Source of the DNA: Trichlorobacter lovleyi SZ
GTDB taxonomy: Bacteria; Desulfobacterota; Desulfuromonadia; Geobacterales; Pseudopelobacteraceae
DNA: 32,000 nucleotides
NCBI RefSeq assembly: GCF_000020385.1
Contig: NC_010814.1
Coordinates: 1,920,001-1,952,000 of the forward strand
Reading direction: 5' to 3'
Below are positions 9,427 through 17,546 of the stretch, piece by piece. Positions within the stretch are counted from its first letter, which is position 1. Each line of letters starts with the position of its first letter. The notes under the pieces were generated by a model. The model was not told where the DNA came from and made no database searches. It saw only the letters and a list, made by a program, of their open reading frames with translations. The translations under genes were made by a program, and so were the position numbers.

Positions 9427-9451
9427 CTTCAATACGGTCTTCAATACGGTC
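9427..9451. repeat. Perfect 12-bp tandem direct repeat (cttcaatacggt x2, plus 1 nt) in the otsA upstream region
   Basis: Read directly: cttcaatacggt at 9427-9438 and again at 9439-9450, then c. It lies 67-91 nt upstream of the otsA ATG and 10 nt downstream of the TPR gene stop. Confidence 0.9.
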
Positions 9452-9460
9452 GAACCTGTA

Positions 9461-10777
9461 CTACTGCTTTTTTGATTGCATTTTAACAGTTTTTTTAGGT
9501 TTTTCTCTGGTTTTGGTTGTAGATTTTCTCGTTTTGCCCTTCTTTTTCCTGGATTTTGATATCTTTTTCTTGTGTTTTTTTAGGTTTTGCACCCTGTTTT
9601 CAGCCTTAAGCTGCATTAACAGGCTGCGCACCTCAGGGGCCTTGGGGTCTATCTTTCGCGCTGATTCAAGGGCTGCTTTTGCTTCTGCTTTTTTTCCAGC
9701 TTTGAGCAGAACCCGACCAAGGGCTCGATATGCTTTGGCTGAAGACTTTAAGTCTAAAGATCGTTTGTAGGCATCAAGCGCCTCTTGGAACATACGCCGA
9801 TATTCATAAATTAATCCCAGGCGGTAAGGATGATCTGGATTGTTAGCGTCCCTTCCTTGCTGCTTTTCCAGAAAAGAAGTAAGGCCTTCATATTGCTTCT
9901 GTTTAACATAGACAAATATGATCCCGTTAAGTGCGACCTCATCGTCGGGCTGTTTTTCGAGTATAGCAGAATAGGCGTTTTCAGCTTCATGGTAATGACC
10001 ACGTTGTCTGAGCAGCAAAGCATACTCACGCTGAATTTCTATATTACCATCATCAAGATTAATGGCTTGCCTGTATACCTCAAGAGCTTTATCGAATTGC
10101 TTGTCTTTTACATAGGCGCGGGAAAGCTTGTATAAGAGAATCGGGCTGTTCGGTGAAGCTTCGTGTAATATCTGGTACTCGTTGATCGCTTTTTTGAATT
10201 CTCCCCGTATTATATAGATGTCAGCCCGTCTTCGACGAGCCCCGCTGTGGATTGGATCAATTGCCATCGCGGCATTGTATTCATCTAAAGCCGCATCAAT
10301 ATTGCCTTGACGCTCCAGCAATACTCCTGAGACATAGTGGATTCGCGCTGAAGTTGACGTGCTTTTTTTAAGATATGTCTTGAATGTTGCCAATGCCTCT
10401 TCGTCTTCTCCGGCTGAAAAATACGCTTCACCAAGCTTTTGATAAACCAGCTGGTTGTCGGGACTAAGACGTAAGGCTTCCTGATAGGCTGAAATCGCGG
10501 TGCTGTAATCTCCTGACAAGTAGGCAGTGTCAGCTTTTAACAAGAGCTGATTATAGCGAACAATCCTGTCGCCAGCAGCTTGTCCTTCTCTTGAACCCTG
10601 AGTAGTTCGTGAGTTAGGCGGGGTGTTTATTAGAATACGATCGGGGTCGCTGTGCTGAGATTGTAATCTGGAACTCTCCATGGGAGCGATATCCTGGGCG
10701 GAGACAGTCTCTCCGCCCAGGTACATTAGCGCCAATATGGATATGACTGTATTTGCAGTTTTGAATGATTGTAACAT
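9461..10777 (-). CDS. Secreted tetratricopeptide-repeat protein with a lysine-rich C-terminal tail
   Basis: 438-aa ORF. A signal-peptide-like N-terminus is present (MLQSFKTANTVISILALMYLGGETVSAQD). Multiple TPR-like 34-aa units follow (e.g. YLSGDYSTAISAYQEALRLSPDN, IIRGEFKKAINEYQILHEASPNS, GHYHEAENAYSAILEKQPDD). The tail reads KKHKKKISKSRKKKGKTRKSTTKTREKPKKTVKMQSKKQ. The ATG lies 1 nt after the stop of the upstream Pal-like gene. Confidence 0.8.
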   Translation of the reverse strand: MLQSFKTANTVISILALMYLGGETVSAQDIAPMESSRLQSQHSDPDRILINTPPNSRTTQGSREGQAAGDRIVRYNQLLLKADTAYLSGDYSTAISAYQEALRLSPDNQLVYQKLGEAYFSAGEDEEALATFKTYLKKSTSTSARIHYVSGVLLERQGNIDAALDEYNAAMAIDPIHSGARRRRADIYIIRGEFKKAINEYQILHEASPNSPILLYKLSRAYVKDKQFDKALEVYRQAINLDDGNIEIQREYALLLRQRGHYHEAENAYSAILEKQPDDEVALNGIIFVYVKQKQYEGLTSFLEKQQGRDANNPDHPYRLGLIYEYRRMFQEALDAYKRSLDLKSSAKAYRALGRVLLKAGKKAEAKAALESARKIDPKAPEVRSLLMQLKAENRVQNLKKHKKKISKSRKKKGKTRKSTTKTREKPKKTVKMQSKKQ

Positions 10778-10778
10778 G

Positions 10779-11336
10779 TCACTTTACGATAACGAACTCA
10801 GCACGACGATTTTTCGACCATGCCGTTTCGTCACTTCCTTGCATTGCAGGCTTTTCTTTGCCAAAGCTTACTGTAGAGATTCTGTCCTGTTTAACCCCCA
10901 GTGTAATCAGATACGTTGCAACAGCTTTTGCCCGACGGTCGCCCAGGGCCAGGTTATATTCATCCGACCCTCTCTCATCGCAGTGCCCTTCTATTTTGAT
11001 TTTTGAGTCAACAAGATCCTTCATCAGCGCCTGTGCATTTTTTGTAAGCATATCGCGGCTGTCTTGTCTCAAGTCCGAACGGTCAAAATCGAAATACACA
11101 GTCTGCAGTGATACGGCGGCTGACGCTTTAGCTGTACTGTTCTGAAGTTGGTCTGTCGGCTTTGCAGGCTCTGACTTTGGAGCAGCCGGCAGCGGTTGCT
11201 GCGCTGTCTGTTGCTGTAAAGTCTGTTGTTGAGCCATCGGCTCATCTTTTTTGACAACGTCTTCTTTGGCACAGCCGGATACAATGATTACATTTATGGC
11301 AAGGATTACTGCAAAACTACGGGTAACATTTTTCAT
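10779..11336 (-). CDS. Pal-like peptidoglycan-associated lipoprotein (OmpA_C domain)
   Basis: I use the internal start MKNVTRSFAVILAINVIIVSGC, which has a lipobox (VSGC) and the SD GAGGAG 9 nt upstream. The track start at 11405 adds 23 aa with no signal logic. A Gln/Pro-rich linker precedes an OmpA-like domain: VYFDFDRSDL...IEGHCDERGSDEYNLALGDRRAKAV...NRRAEFVIV. Confidence 0.85.
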   Translation of the reverse strand: MKNVTRSFAVILAINVIIVSGCAKEDVVKKDEPMAQQQTLQQQTAQQPLPAAPKSEPAKPTDQLQNSTAKASAAVSLQTVYFDFDRSDLRQDSRDMLTKNAQALMKDLVDSKIKIEGHCDERGSDEYNLALGDRRAKAVATYLITLGVKQDRISTVSFGKEKPAMQGSDETAWSKNRRAEFVIVK

Positions 11337-11649
11337 TTGGTTACACTCCTCTGGTTGCTTTTGGTTGCGTTGCCATAAGTGGCTAATGATATGATTTTTC
11401 TGCAATACTGACGATATGGTGACACGGCAAAAGCGTTAGTGAGTAAAGGCTAAGACATATGGATACATTTAGAGTACTGCTCGGCTGAACAGTATCTTTC
11501 CTGCTCCTGATGACGGGTTTGCCTCACTTGCTGCTTTACATGAACTCGCAATGTCATGCGCTGTGGCGCTGGGACACTAGAACATACCGAACAGTAATGC
11601 TGGTGCATGCCGGGCACTTCGCATTAATGGTCAGATCGGTCTGATCCGT

Positions 11650-12069
11650 CTATGCTTGGAATGTTTGGGTAGGTGATGCCCGGGAGGGCAGTAAAGCTTC
11701 TAAAGAAGGGGAGTTGACATACGTAGCTTTGTGAGACGGGAGGCTGCAACTGCCGGGTTCACAGGCAGCACTCAGAGGTTTTGGTGTATGTGTCCAGGGT
11801 ACATCGGGCTGTTTAGGTGAAACAACCGTGGCTGTTTTAAGATGCTTGAGCGCCTGGGTGGGGGACTCAATGAGGGCTTTTCGTGCAGGCCGGGGCAGTG
11901 AGCTTTTCTTGATCTTGGGGGGACGTGCACCTAAAAGTGCAAGCGATATGAATAGAATGACAGCAAAAAACAGCGCCCAGTTTCTACTGACACTCATTAA
12001 ATAGGGTTTGTTTAACTCATACTTCCCATACATGTACAGATTGATACAGGATGTTTTGAAAAAATGCAA
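11650..12069 (-). CDS. Hypothetical small membrane-anchored Pro/Ser/Lys-rich protein (weak call; start uncertain, possibly Met-25 at 11997)
   Basis: This is the only ORF of 60 aa or more on either strand between 11406 and 12215. It contains one hydrophobic helix (WALFFAVILFISLALLGA) and then low-complexity sequence. No convincing SD precedes any candidate ATG, and I recognise no family. Confidence 0.25.
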   Translation of the reverse strand: MHFFKTSCINLYMYGKYELNKPYLMSVSRNWALFFAVILFISLALLGARPPKIKKSSLPRPARKALIESPTQALKHLKTATVVSPKQPDVPWTHTPKPLSAACEPGSCSLPSHKATYVNSPSLEALLPSRASPTQTFQA

Positions 12070-12290
12070 GGTTGCGGTGGTTGTTTAAAAGTCCCAGTAG
12101 TGCAATCGGGTCGGCCGGCAGCAGCATCAGGTCGCAGCACCAGGAAGCTCCGGAAGGCGCCTCGCGGATGGTCCCCCGGTGGTTAACCTCATTGGTCCTC
12201 AGGCCAGATAGTCTTTGAACTGTATAAAGCTGATAGTTAAGCTGGCTTTTGTTCAGCACAATCGTCTGAGCATGGTCAAAGCCGGCAGAA

Positions 12291-14951
12291 TTATGCCGAC
12301 CTTCTGCGCAGCCATTTGTCCAGCTCCACCACCACCAGTACCGAGGCAGCCACGGCCAGCACCCGTACCCATTCAGTTGCCGTCAGCGGCACGGTGCGGA
12401 AGACCCACTGCAGGGGTGGGGCATAGATAAAAGCCAACTGAGCCAGAACGGCGGCAATCATACTGTAGAACAGGAACGGGTTGCCCAGCGGGTTGATCCG
12501 AAAGATGGAGTCGTATTCCGAACGGCTGTTCCAGGCCTGGAAAAACTGGAAAAAAACCATGGTGGTCACCGCCACGGTCCGGGCATTTTCCAGAGTATTG
12601 CCCTCCTGCAGGGCAGTGGTGTAGTTCCAGGCTACGCCTAGGGCGATTACCATTCCCACCAGCACGGTACGCTGGATCAGCAGGCGGGACATGATCCCTT
12701 CAAGGGGATTGCGGGGAGGCCGTTTGAGTATCCCCTTTTCTCCCGGCTCAAAGGCCATGGCCACATCCTGCAAACCGTTGGTGACCAGGTTGATCCAGAG
12801 TAACTGGGCCGGCAGATAGGGAATCGGCATCCCCATAATCATGGTGATTATGATCGAGATGATTGAGGCGATGCCGGTGGGCAGCAGGAAGAAGGTCACC
12901 TTGCGCAGGTTGTCAAAGACGATCCTCCCTTCCCGAACCGCACTGAAGATACTGGCAAAGTTGTCATCGGTCAGCACCATGTCCGAGGCCTCTTTAGCCA
13001 CGTCGGTGCCGGTGATCCCCATGGCCACCCCAATATGGGCCGCTTTCAAGGCCGGAGCGTCGTTGACGCCGTCACCGGTCATGGCTACCACCTGACCATG
13101 ACGGATCAGCTGACGGGTGATCCGCAGCTTGTGGTCCGGCGCGACCCGGGCAAAGACCGAGACCGAGCGGACCTTTTCAAACAGCGCGTCGTCGTCCATC
13201 GCCTCCAGTTCGCGGCCGGTCAGCACGGCATCATCCTGCTCAATGATCCCCAGTTGGCGTCCAATGGCCTGAGCGGTCACGGCATGGTCACCGGTGATCA
13301 TCACCACCCGGATACCGGCTTTTTTACAGCCTTCAATGGCCTCGATCGCCTCGGGCCGGGGTGGGTCGATCATCCCCTGCAGCCCGGCAAAGGTCAGGCC
13401 CGATGCCGTATCATGATGACCCAGCGCATCCTGGTCCGGGGCCGCTTCTTTCCAGGCAAAGGCCAGTACCCGCATCCCCTGGGCGGCAAACGCCGTGGCA
13501 ACGCGGGTGATTTCTGCCAGCTGCTGCGGGGAGGTCGCACACATCTCCAGCACCTGTTCCGGTGCCCCTTTCAACAGTATCAATCGCTGTTCCCCGGCCT
13601 GATGCAGCGTAGCCATGTAGCCCCGCTCAGATTCAAACGGGATCATGGCCAGCTGCCCGTACTGTTCCTTTTCCAGTTCAGGTTGCAGTCCGGCCTTCAT
13701 GGCCGCCGTTATTAAAGCCCCTTCGGTGGGGTCACCATCCACTTTGTAGCGTCCCTCCTCCTCGTAGACATCCGATTCATTGCAGAGCAGACCGATCCGC
13801 TGCAACAGGGCCAGCTCAGGAATGCTTGCCGCAGTGACCGCAGTGCCGTTAAGCAGCACCTGGCCTTCAGGCTCGTAACCGGTACCGCTTATCTGATACT
13901 GCTGCCGGCCATCGTAGAGATTGGTGACGGTCATTTCGTTGCGGGTCAGGGTACCGGTCTTGTCGGAGCAGATTACGGTAGTGCTGCCCAGGGTCTCCAC
14001 AGCCGGCAGCTTGCGGATGATGGCGTTGTGCTTGGCCATCCGGGCCACCCCGACGGCCATGGCAATGGTGACCACGATCGGCAGCCCCTCCGGGATGGTG
14101 GCAACCGCTGCTGCCACTGCCACCATGAACATGGTTTTGACGGTCTCCCCCAGCAACAGGCCGATCATAAACAGCAAACCTGCCGCCCCCAGCACCAAAA
14201 GCCCGATGGTGTGGGCAAACTGTTCGATCTTGTGCTGGATCGGCGCCTTAAGCTGACCGATACTCCGTACTTCACCGGCAATGGTCCCCAGGATAGTCCG
14301 GGCCCCGGTTGCCACCACTACTCCGCGGGCACGGCCATTGACCACGGCAGTACCCATAAAGGCCATATTGGTCTGATCAGCCGGGGGCAGGCCTGTTTCG
14401 GCCAGTACTGCGGTTGTTTTATCAGCCGGTAGCGACTCGCCGGTCAGCATTGCCTCGTCGATCCGCAGCTCAATATCATGCAACAGCCGGAGATCAGCCG
14501 GGACCCGACTGCCGGAGGCCAGCAGTACAATATCCCCCGGTACCAGGTCAGTACCGGGGATCTCCTGCTCATGACCGTCGCGGATCACACGGGCTTTGGC
14601 CACCAGCAGGTTTTTCAGGGCGCGCACACTCTCCTCGGCCTTGAACTCCTGTAAGTAGCCGATCACGGCGTTCAGCAGCACCACTGCCAAGATCACGCCA
14701 CTGTCGATGTACTCCTTTAACAGCAGTGTCACCAGGGCCGCAATCAGCAGGATGTAGATCAACGGACTCTTGAACTGGTGCAGCAGGATCTGCAGACGGC
14801 TGATCTTTTCCTCATCAGCCAGCTTGTTTAGACCATACTGAGCCAGGCGGTTTTGGGCCTCCAGACTGCTGAGACCGGTTTCGGTACTTTGCAACGTGTC
14901 AAGGGTCTGTTGGTGTTCCTGTTGGTACCATTCCATTTGAGTTCTCTCCAT
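12291..14951 (-). CDS. Type-II P-type cation-transporting ATPase (Ca2+/Mg2+-type, SERCA/PMCA-like)
   Basis: 886-aa ORF with the actuator motif MLTGESLP, the ion-site motif IPEGLPIVVT, the phosphorylation site VICSDKTGTLT, the hinge MTGDGVNDAPALK and a Cation_ATPase_N-like start (GLSSLEAQNRLAQYGLNKL). The true start may be Met-6 at 14936, which has a GGAGAG about 8 nt upstream. Confidence 0.9.
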   Translation of the reverse strand: MERTQMEWYQQEHQQTLDTLQSTETGLSSLEAQNRLAQYGLNKLADEEKISRLQILLHQFKSPLIYILLIAALVTLLLKEYIDSGVILAVVLLNAVIGYLQEFKAEESVRALKNLLVAKARVIRDGHEQEIPGTDLVPGDIVLLASGSRVPADLRLLHDIELRIDEAMLTGESLPADKTTAVLAETGLPPADQTNMAFMGTAVVNGRARGVVVATGARTILGTIAGEVRSIGQLKAPIQHKIEQFAHTIGLLVLGAAGLLFMIGLLLGETVKTMFMVAVAAAVATIPEGLPIVVTIAMAVGVARMAKHNAIIRKLPAVETLGSTTVICSDKTGTLTRNEMTVTNLYDGRQQYQISGTGYEPEGQVLLNGTAVTAASIPELALLQRIGLLCNESDVYEEEGRYKVDGDPTEGALITAAMKAGLQPELEKEQYGQLAMIPFESERGYMATLHQAGEQRLILLKGAPEQVLEMCATSPQQLAEITRVATAFAAQGMRVLAFAWKEAAPDQDALGHHDTASGLTFAGLQGMIDPPRPEAIEAIEGCKKAGIRVVMITGDHAVTAQAIGRQLGIIEQDDAVLTGRELEAMDDDALFEKVRSVSVFARVAPDHKLRITRQLIRHGQVVAMTGDGVNDAPALKAAHIGVAMGITGTDVAKEASDMVLTDDNFASIFSAVREGRIVFDNLRKVTFFLLPTGIASIISIIITMIMGMPIPYLPAQLLWINLVTNGLQDVAMAFEPGEKGILKRPPRNPLEGIMSRLLIQRTVLVGMVIALGVAWNYTTALQEGNTLENARTVAVTTMVFFQFFQAWNSRSEYDSIFRINPLGNPFLFYSMIAAVLAQLAFIYAPPLQWVFRTVPLTATEWVRVLAVAASVLVVVELDKWLRRRSA

Positions 14952-14969
14952 GCGGTGCGAGGTTACTAT

Positions 14970-15311
14970 TCAACGGTAGGACGGAGTTGTACGAAACAGG
15001 CTTTGCCTGACGGAATATCTCGCTAAAACGGCCAGTAATGGGGGATTAAAAAAGTGGCCAGCAACCAGAACATAATGTTGAGCGGAGCACCCACACATGG
15101 AGGTGCCCACCAGGGTGCAAACCCCGCCGAACATGGAGGCAAAGGAGAGCGGCATCAATAGTCGTCCCGGCCCTAGATTGCAGTCCTTGGCAATGGTCAG
15201 GGCCACCGGCAGGATGATCATGGCTGTCAAGTCAACCGGCAACTTCTCGGTGGCAAACAGAATCATGGCAGAGAGGGCCAGTCCCAGTACAAGGATCATT
15301 TCAAGGGTCAT
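14970..15311 (-). pseudogene. Relic of an SLC13/DASS (CitT/YbiR-like) anion permease with large internal deletions and a frameshift
   Basis: The 113-aa ORF begins like this family (MTLEMILVLGLALSAMILFATEKLPVDLTAMIIL). It then jumps directly to a motif that normally lies about 80-100 aa later ([37 protein letters not shown]). After GTS the annotated frame becomes unrelated sequence. The +1 frame reads [22 protein letters not shown]-stop, which looks like the family's C-terminal helix. Confidence 0.5.
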
Positions 15312-15409
15312 GGTTAATTATCTCAGAATTTATCCGGTTTTTATTCCGTTTCGCTGCATTTAAGAAATATATCGCGTTTTTTTCAGTATAAAAATCCTGC
15401 TGTTTAATT

Positions 15410-17200
15410 TTAAAAAGCCGAATCCCAGCGCTTGCTGAGCCGGATGGCCGAGTTGATCAACCCCACCATGCTGTAGGTCTGGACAAAGTTGCCCCACTGT
15501 TCACCGGTGCGCGGATCAATATGCTCTGCCAGCAACCCCAGTCGGTTTCGCTTCTTCAACAGATTTTCAAAAAGTGAGCGGGCTTCGTCCATTCTGCCTA
15601 GGGCCGCCAGGGCATGGATGTACCAGAAAGTGCAGACAATGAAGGCATTCTCCGGCTTACCAAAGTCATCGGCTTCCACATAACGGTAGACATAGTCACC
15701 CCGTTTCAGCTCTTTTTCAATGGCTGTCACCGTAGAGGCAAAGCAGGGGTCTTCAGCAGAAAGAAAACCCACGTCATGCAGCAATAGTAGGCTGGCATCC
15801 ATGCTGTCCCCTTCAAACGATGCGGTAAAGGCCTGTTTTTCCTCGTTCCATGCCCGGCTGTAGATGACGGTGTACATCTGGTCAGCCTTCGTGCGCCAGT
15901 AGGTGGCCCGGTCCTGCAGGTTCAGTTGATTTGCGATCAGAGCCAGACGGTCACAGGCCGCCCAGCACATGACACTTGAAAAGGTGTGCACCCGCGCAGA
16001 CCCACGCAGCTCCCACAGGCCGGCATCCGGTTGGTCGTACACCTGCAGGGCTGTTTCCCCCAGCGGTTCAAGCCGCTGAAACAGCGCTGTGTCACCACAC
16101 CGTAACAGGCGCCGGTCGAAGAAGATGTGGGTTACCGCCAGAATTGCAGAACCGTAGACATCATGCTGAATCTGTTCAAAGGCCTGATTGCCGCGTCGTA
16201 CCGGCCCCATACCCCGATAACCGGGCAGCGTCGTCACCAGTTGTTCTTCGAGACGTGCTTTGCCATCGATGGCATAGACCGGCTGAAGTCTGCCGCCCGG
16301 TGCTGAGGCCGATATATTGGCCAGATAGGCCAGGTAACGTTCCATGGTTTTGGTTGCCCCGAGACGATTCAGGGCGTTAACCACAAAATAGGAATCCCGC
16401 AGCCAGCAAAAACGGTAATCCCAGTTACGTACCGTGTTGGCCGCCTCGGGGATGGAGGTGGTCATGGCAGCAATAATGGCGCCGGTATCATCATAGGTAT
16501 TTAATTTGAGTGTGATGGCAGCCCTGATAACCTCGTCCTGCCATTCAAACGGTATTCCCAGGTCGCGTACCCATTCATGCCAGTACGCAACGGTTTCGTC
16601 CTGAAAGCGGCGGGCAAGGTCTCCAATAGAGCTTGGAATAGTCTCATCAGCGCCGAATATCAGGGTGACGTTGTCATCCAGAAAAAACGGCAACTCCTCC
16701 AGCAGCATGGTGATTGAGGCATCAGTAGTCAGTCGTAAGGTCCAGGTTGGGGAGGTATAGCGGATATGATGGCTGCCGTAGGTAATCGGGCAACGTTCCC
16801 GCCCGTAGTCTCCGGCCGGACGCACCACCAGTCTGATACGCGGGCTTCCTTGCAGACGCCTGATTTGACGGATCAGCATTACCGGGGTGAACATCCGGCC
16901 GAACTGACGAAAACGCGGGGCAAAATCGATGATCTCTATTACGCCGCCCCCGGCGTCAGTCATACGGGTCACCAGCACAGCGGTATTGGGCAGATACTGC
17001 TGTTCAATGCTGATCTGTTCAACCAGTTCAACGGTACAGTAGCCGTATCCATCCTGATCGGTATGTTCCTTAAGAAGTGAGCAAAATACAGGATCTGCGT
17101 CTAAACGTGGCATACAGCACCAGACAATCTCGGCCTGCTCATCTATCAGGGCGCCGATGGCGCCGTTGCCGATCAGCCCAAGATCAATACTGTTCTGCAT
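15410..17200 (-). CDS. Glycoside hydrolase family 15 protein (bacterial trehalase/glucoamylase-like)
   Basis: 596-aa ORF. The N-terminal beta-domain start reads GLIGNGAIGALID. The catalytic (alpha/alpha)6 region has the motif NWDYRFCWLRDSYF and later LWELRG, VMCWAACDRL and TFWYIHAL. The SD AAGAGG lies 5 nt upstream of the ATG. Confidence 0.85.
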   Translation of the reverse strand: MQNSIDLGLIGNGAIGALIDEQAEIVWCCMPRLDADPVFCSLLKEHTDQDGYGYCTVELVEQISIEQQYLPNTAVLVTRMTDAGGGVIEIIDFAPRFRQFGRMFTPVMLIRQIRRLQGSPRIRLVVRPAGDYGRERCPITYGSHHIRYTSPTWTLRLTTDASITMLLEELPFFLDDNVTLIFGADETIPSSIGDLARRFQDETVAYWHEWVRDLGIPFEWQDEVIRAAITLKLNTYDDTGAIIAAMTTSIPEAANTVRNWDYRFCWLRDSYFVVNALNRLGATKTMERYLAYLANISASAPGGRLQPVYAIDGKARLEEQLVTTLPGYRGMGPVRRGNQAFEQIQHDVYGSAILAVTHIFFDRRLLRCGDTALFQRLEPLGETALQVYDQPDAGLWELRGSARVHTFSSVMCWAACDRLALIANQLNLQDRATYWRTKADQMYTVIYSRAWNEEKQAFTASFEGDSMDASLLLLHDVGFLSAEDPCFASTVTAIEKELKRGDYVYRYVEADDFGKPENAFIVCTFWYIHALAALGRMDEARSLFENLLKKRNRLGLLAEHIDPRTGEQWGNFVQTYSMVGLINSAIRLSKRWDSAF

Positions 17201-17480
17201 GGTGACCTCTTTCCTGCCGCCTGGCTACTGCCGAACGGGGCATGTGATGTCTAAAATCCTGAATTGAATGGGTTATTATATTTTCTATAACAGCAAGCCG
17301 GTGGCTTGGCAACTCTTCGGCATAGTTTTTATTCATCTTCAAAATGACGGTTTGTATGGTGTGAGTACAAAAAAGTAAGCAACCGTTACCGATATAGCTG
17401 ATGTGCCGTTGATATTGTTATTGCTGGGTAAGTTAATGTTAAATCAGCGTTTTACATGTCTGTAAATCACCGGGACCAAC

Positions 17481-17508
17481 TTGCAAAACTGATTTCCGGT
17501 TCTATAGT
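17481..17508 (+). promoter_or_regulatory. Candidate sigma-70 promoter of the decarboxylase operon
   Basis: TTGCAA at 17481-17486, a 16-nt spacer, then TATAGT at 17503-17508, about 40 nt upstream of the first ATG. This is pattern match only. Confidence 0.3.
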
Positions 17509-17546
17509 TAAAAGCATCCGAAGAATCAGGGCATTGTCCAAGGAGT

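Noticed and set aside
9342-9770. Plus-strand 142-aa ORF rich in Phe/Leu (FFFLDFDIFFLCFFRF...).
   Set aside because: It is the antisense reading of the poly-lysine (AAA/AAG) tail of the TPR gene. The TPR frame has a signal peptide, repeats and tight coupling to the Pal-like gene.
12130-12170. A possible SRP (4.5S) RNA domain-IV-like motif: CCAGG...CCGGAAGG on the plus strand.
   Set aside because: When I tried to pair the flanks, the helix adjacent to the GGAA loop is interrupted. The conserved 5' AGG / 3' AGCA loop pattern of SRP RNA is absent. This is only a superficial resemblance and is kept merely as part of the unexplained structured region.
12017-12259. 80-aa minus-strand ORF (MLNKSQLNYQLYTVQRLSGL...) in the ATPase-downstream spacer.
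   Set aside because: It has no SD and no recognisable motif, and it overlaps the other weak ORF's 5' end. The region looks more like structured non-coding sequence.
13035-13715. Long plus-strand ORFs antisense to clearly identified genes. Examples: 13035-13715 (226 aa), 24508-25179 (223 aa), 5710-6246 (178 aa), 8056-8583 (175 aa), and 18573-19109 on the minus strand (178 aa).
   Set aside because: Each lies wholly inside a strongly motif-supported gene on the opposite strand. They have Arg/Gly/Pro/His-rich, low-complexity composition, which is typical of antisense frames in high-GC DNA. None has a recognisable motif or an SD.
17471-17486. A sigma-54-like element, GGGACCAACTTGCA, upstream of the decarboxylase operon.
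   Set aside because: The GG-to-GC spacing is one nucleotide off the obligatory GG-N10-GC, and the -24 region lacks TGGCAC character. A sigma-70-like TTGCAA-N16-TATAGT overlaps it and is the simpler explanation.
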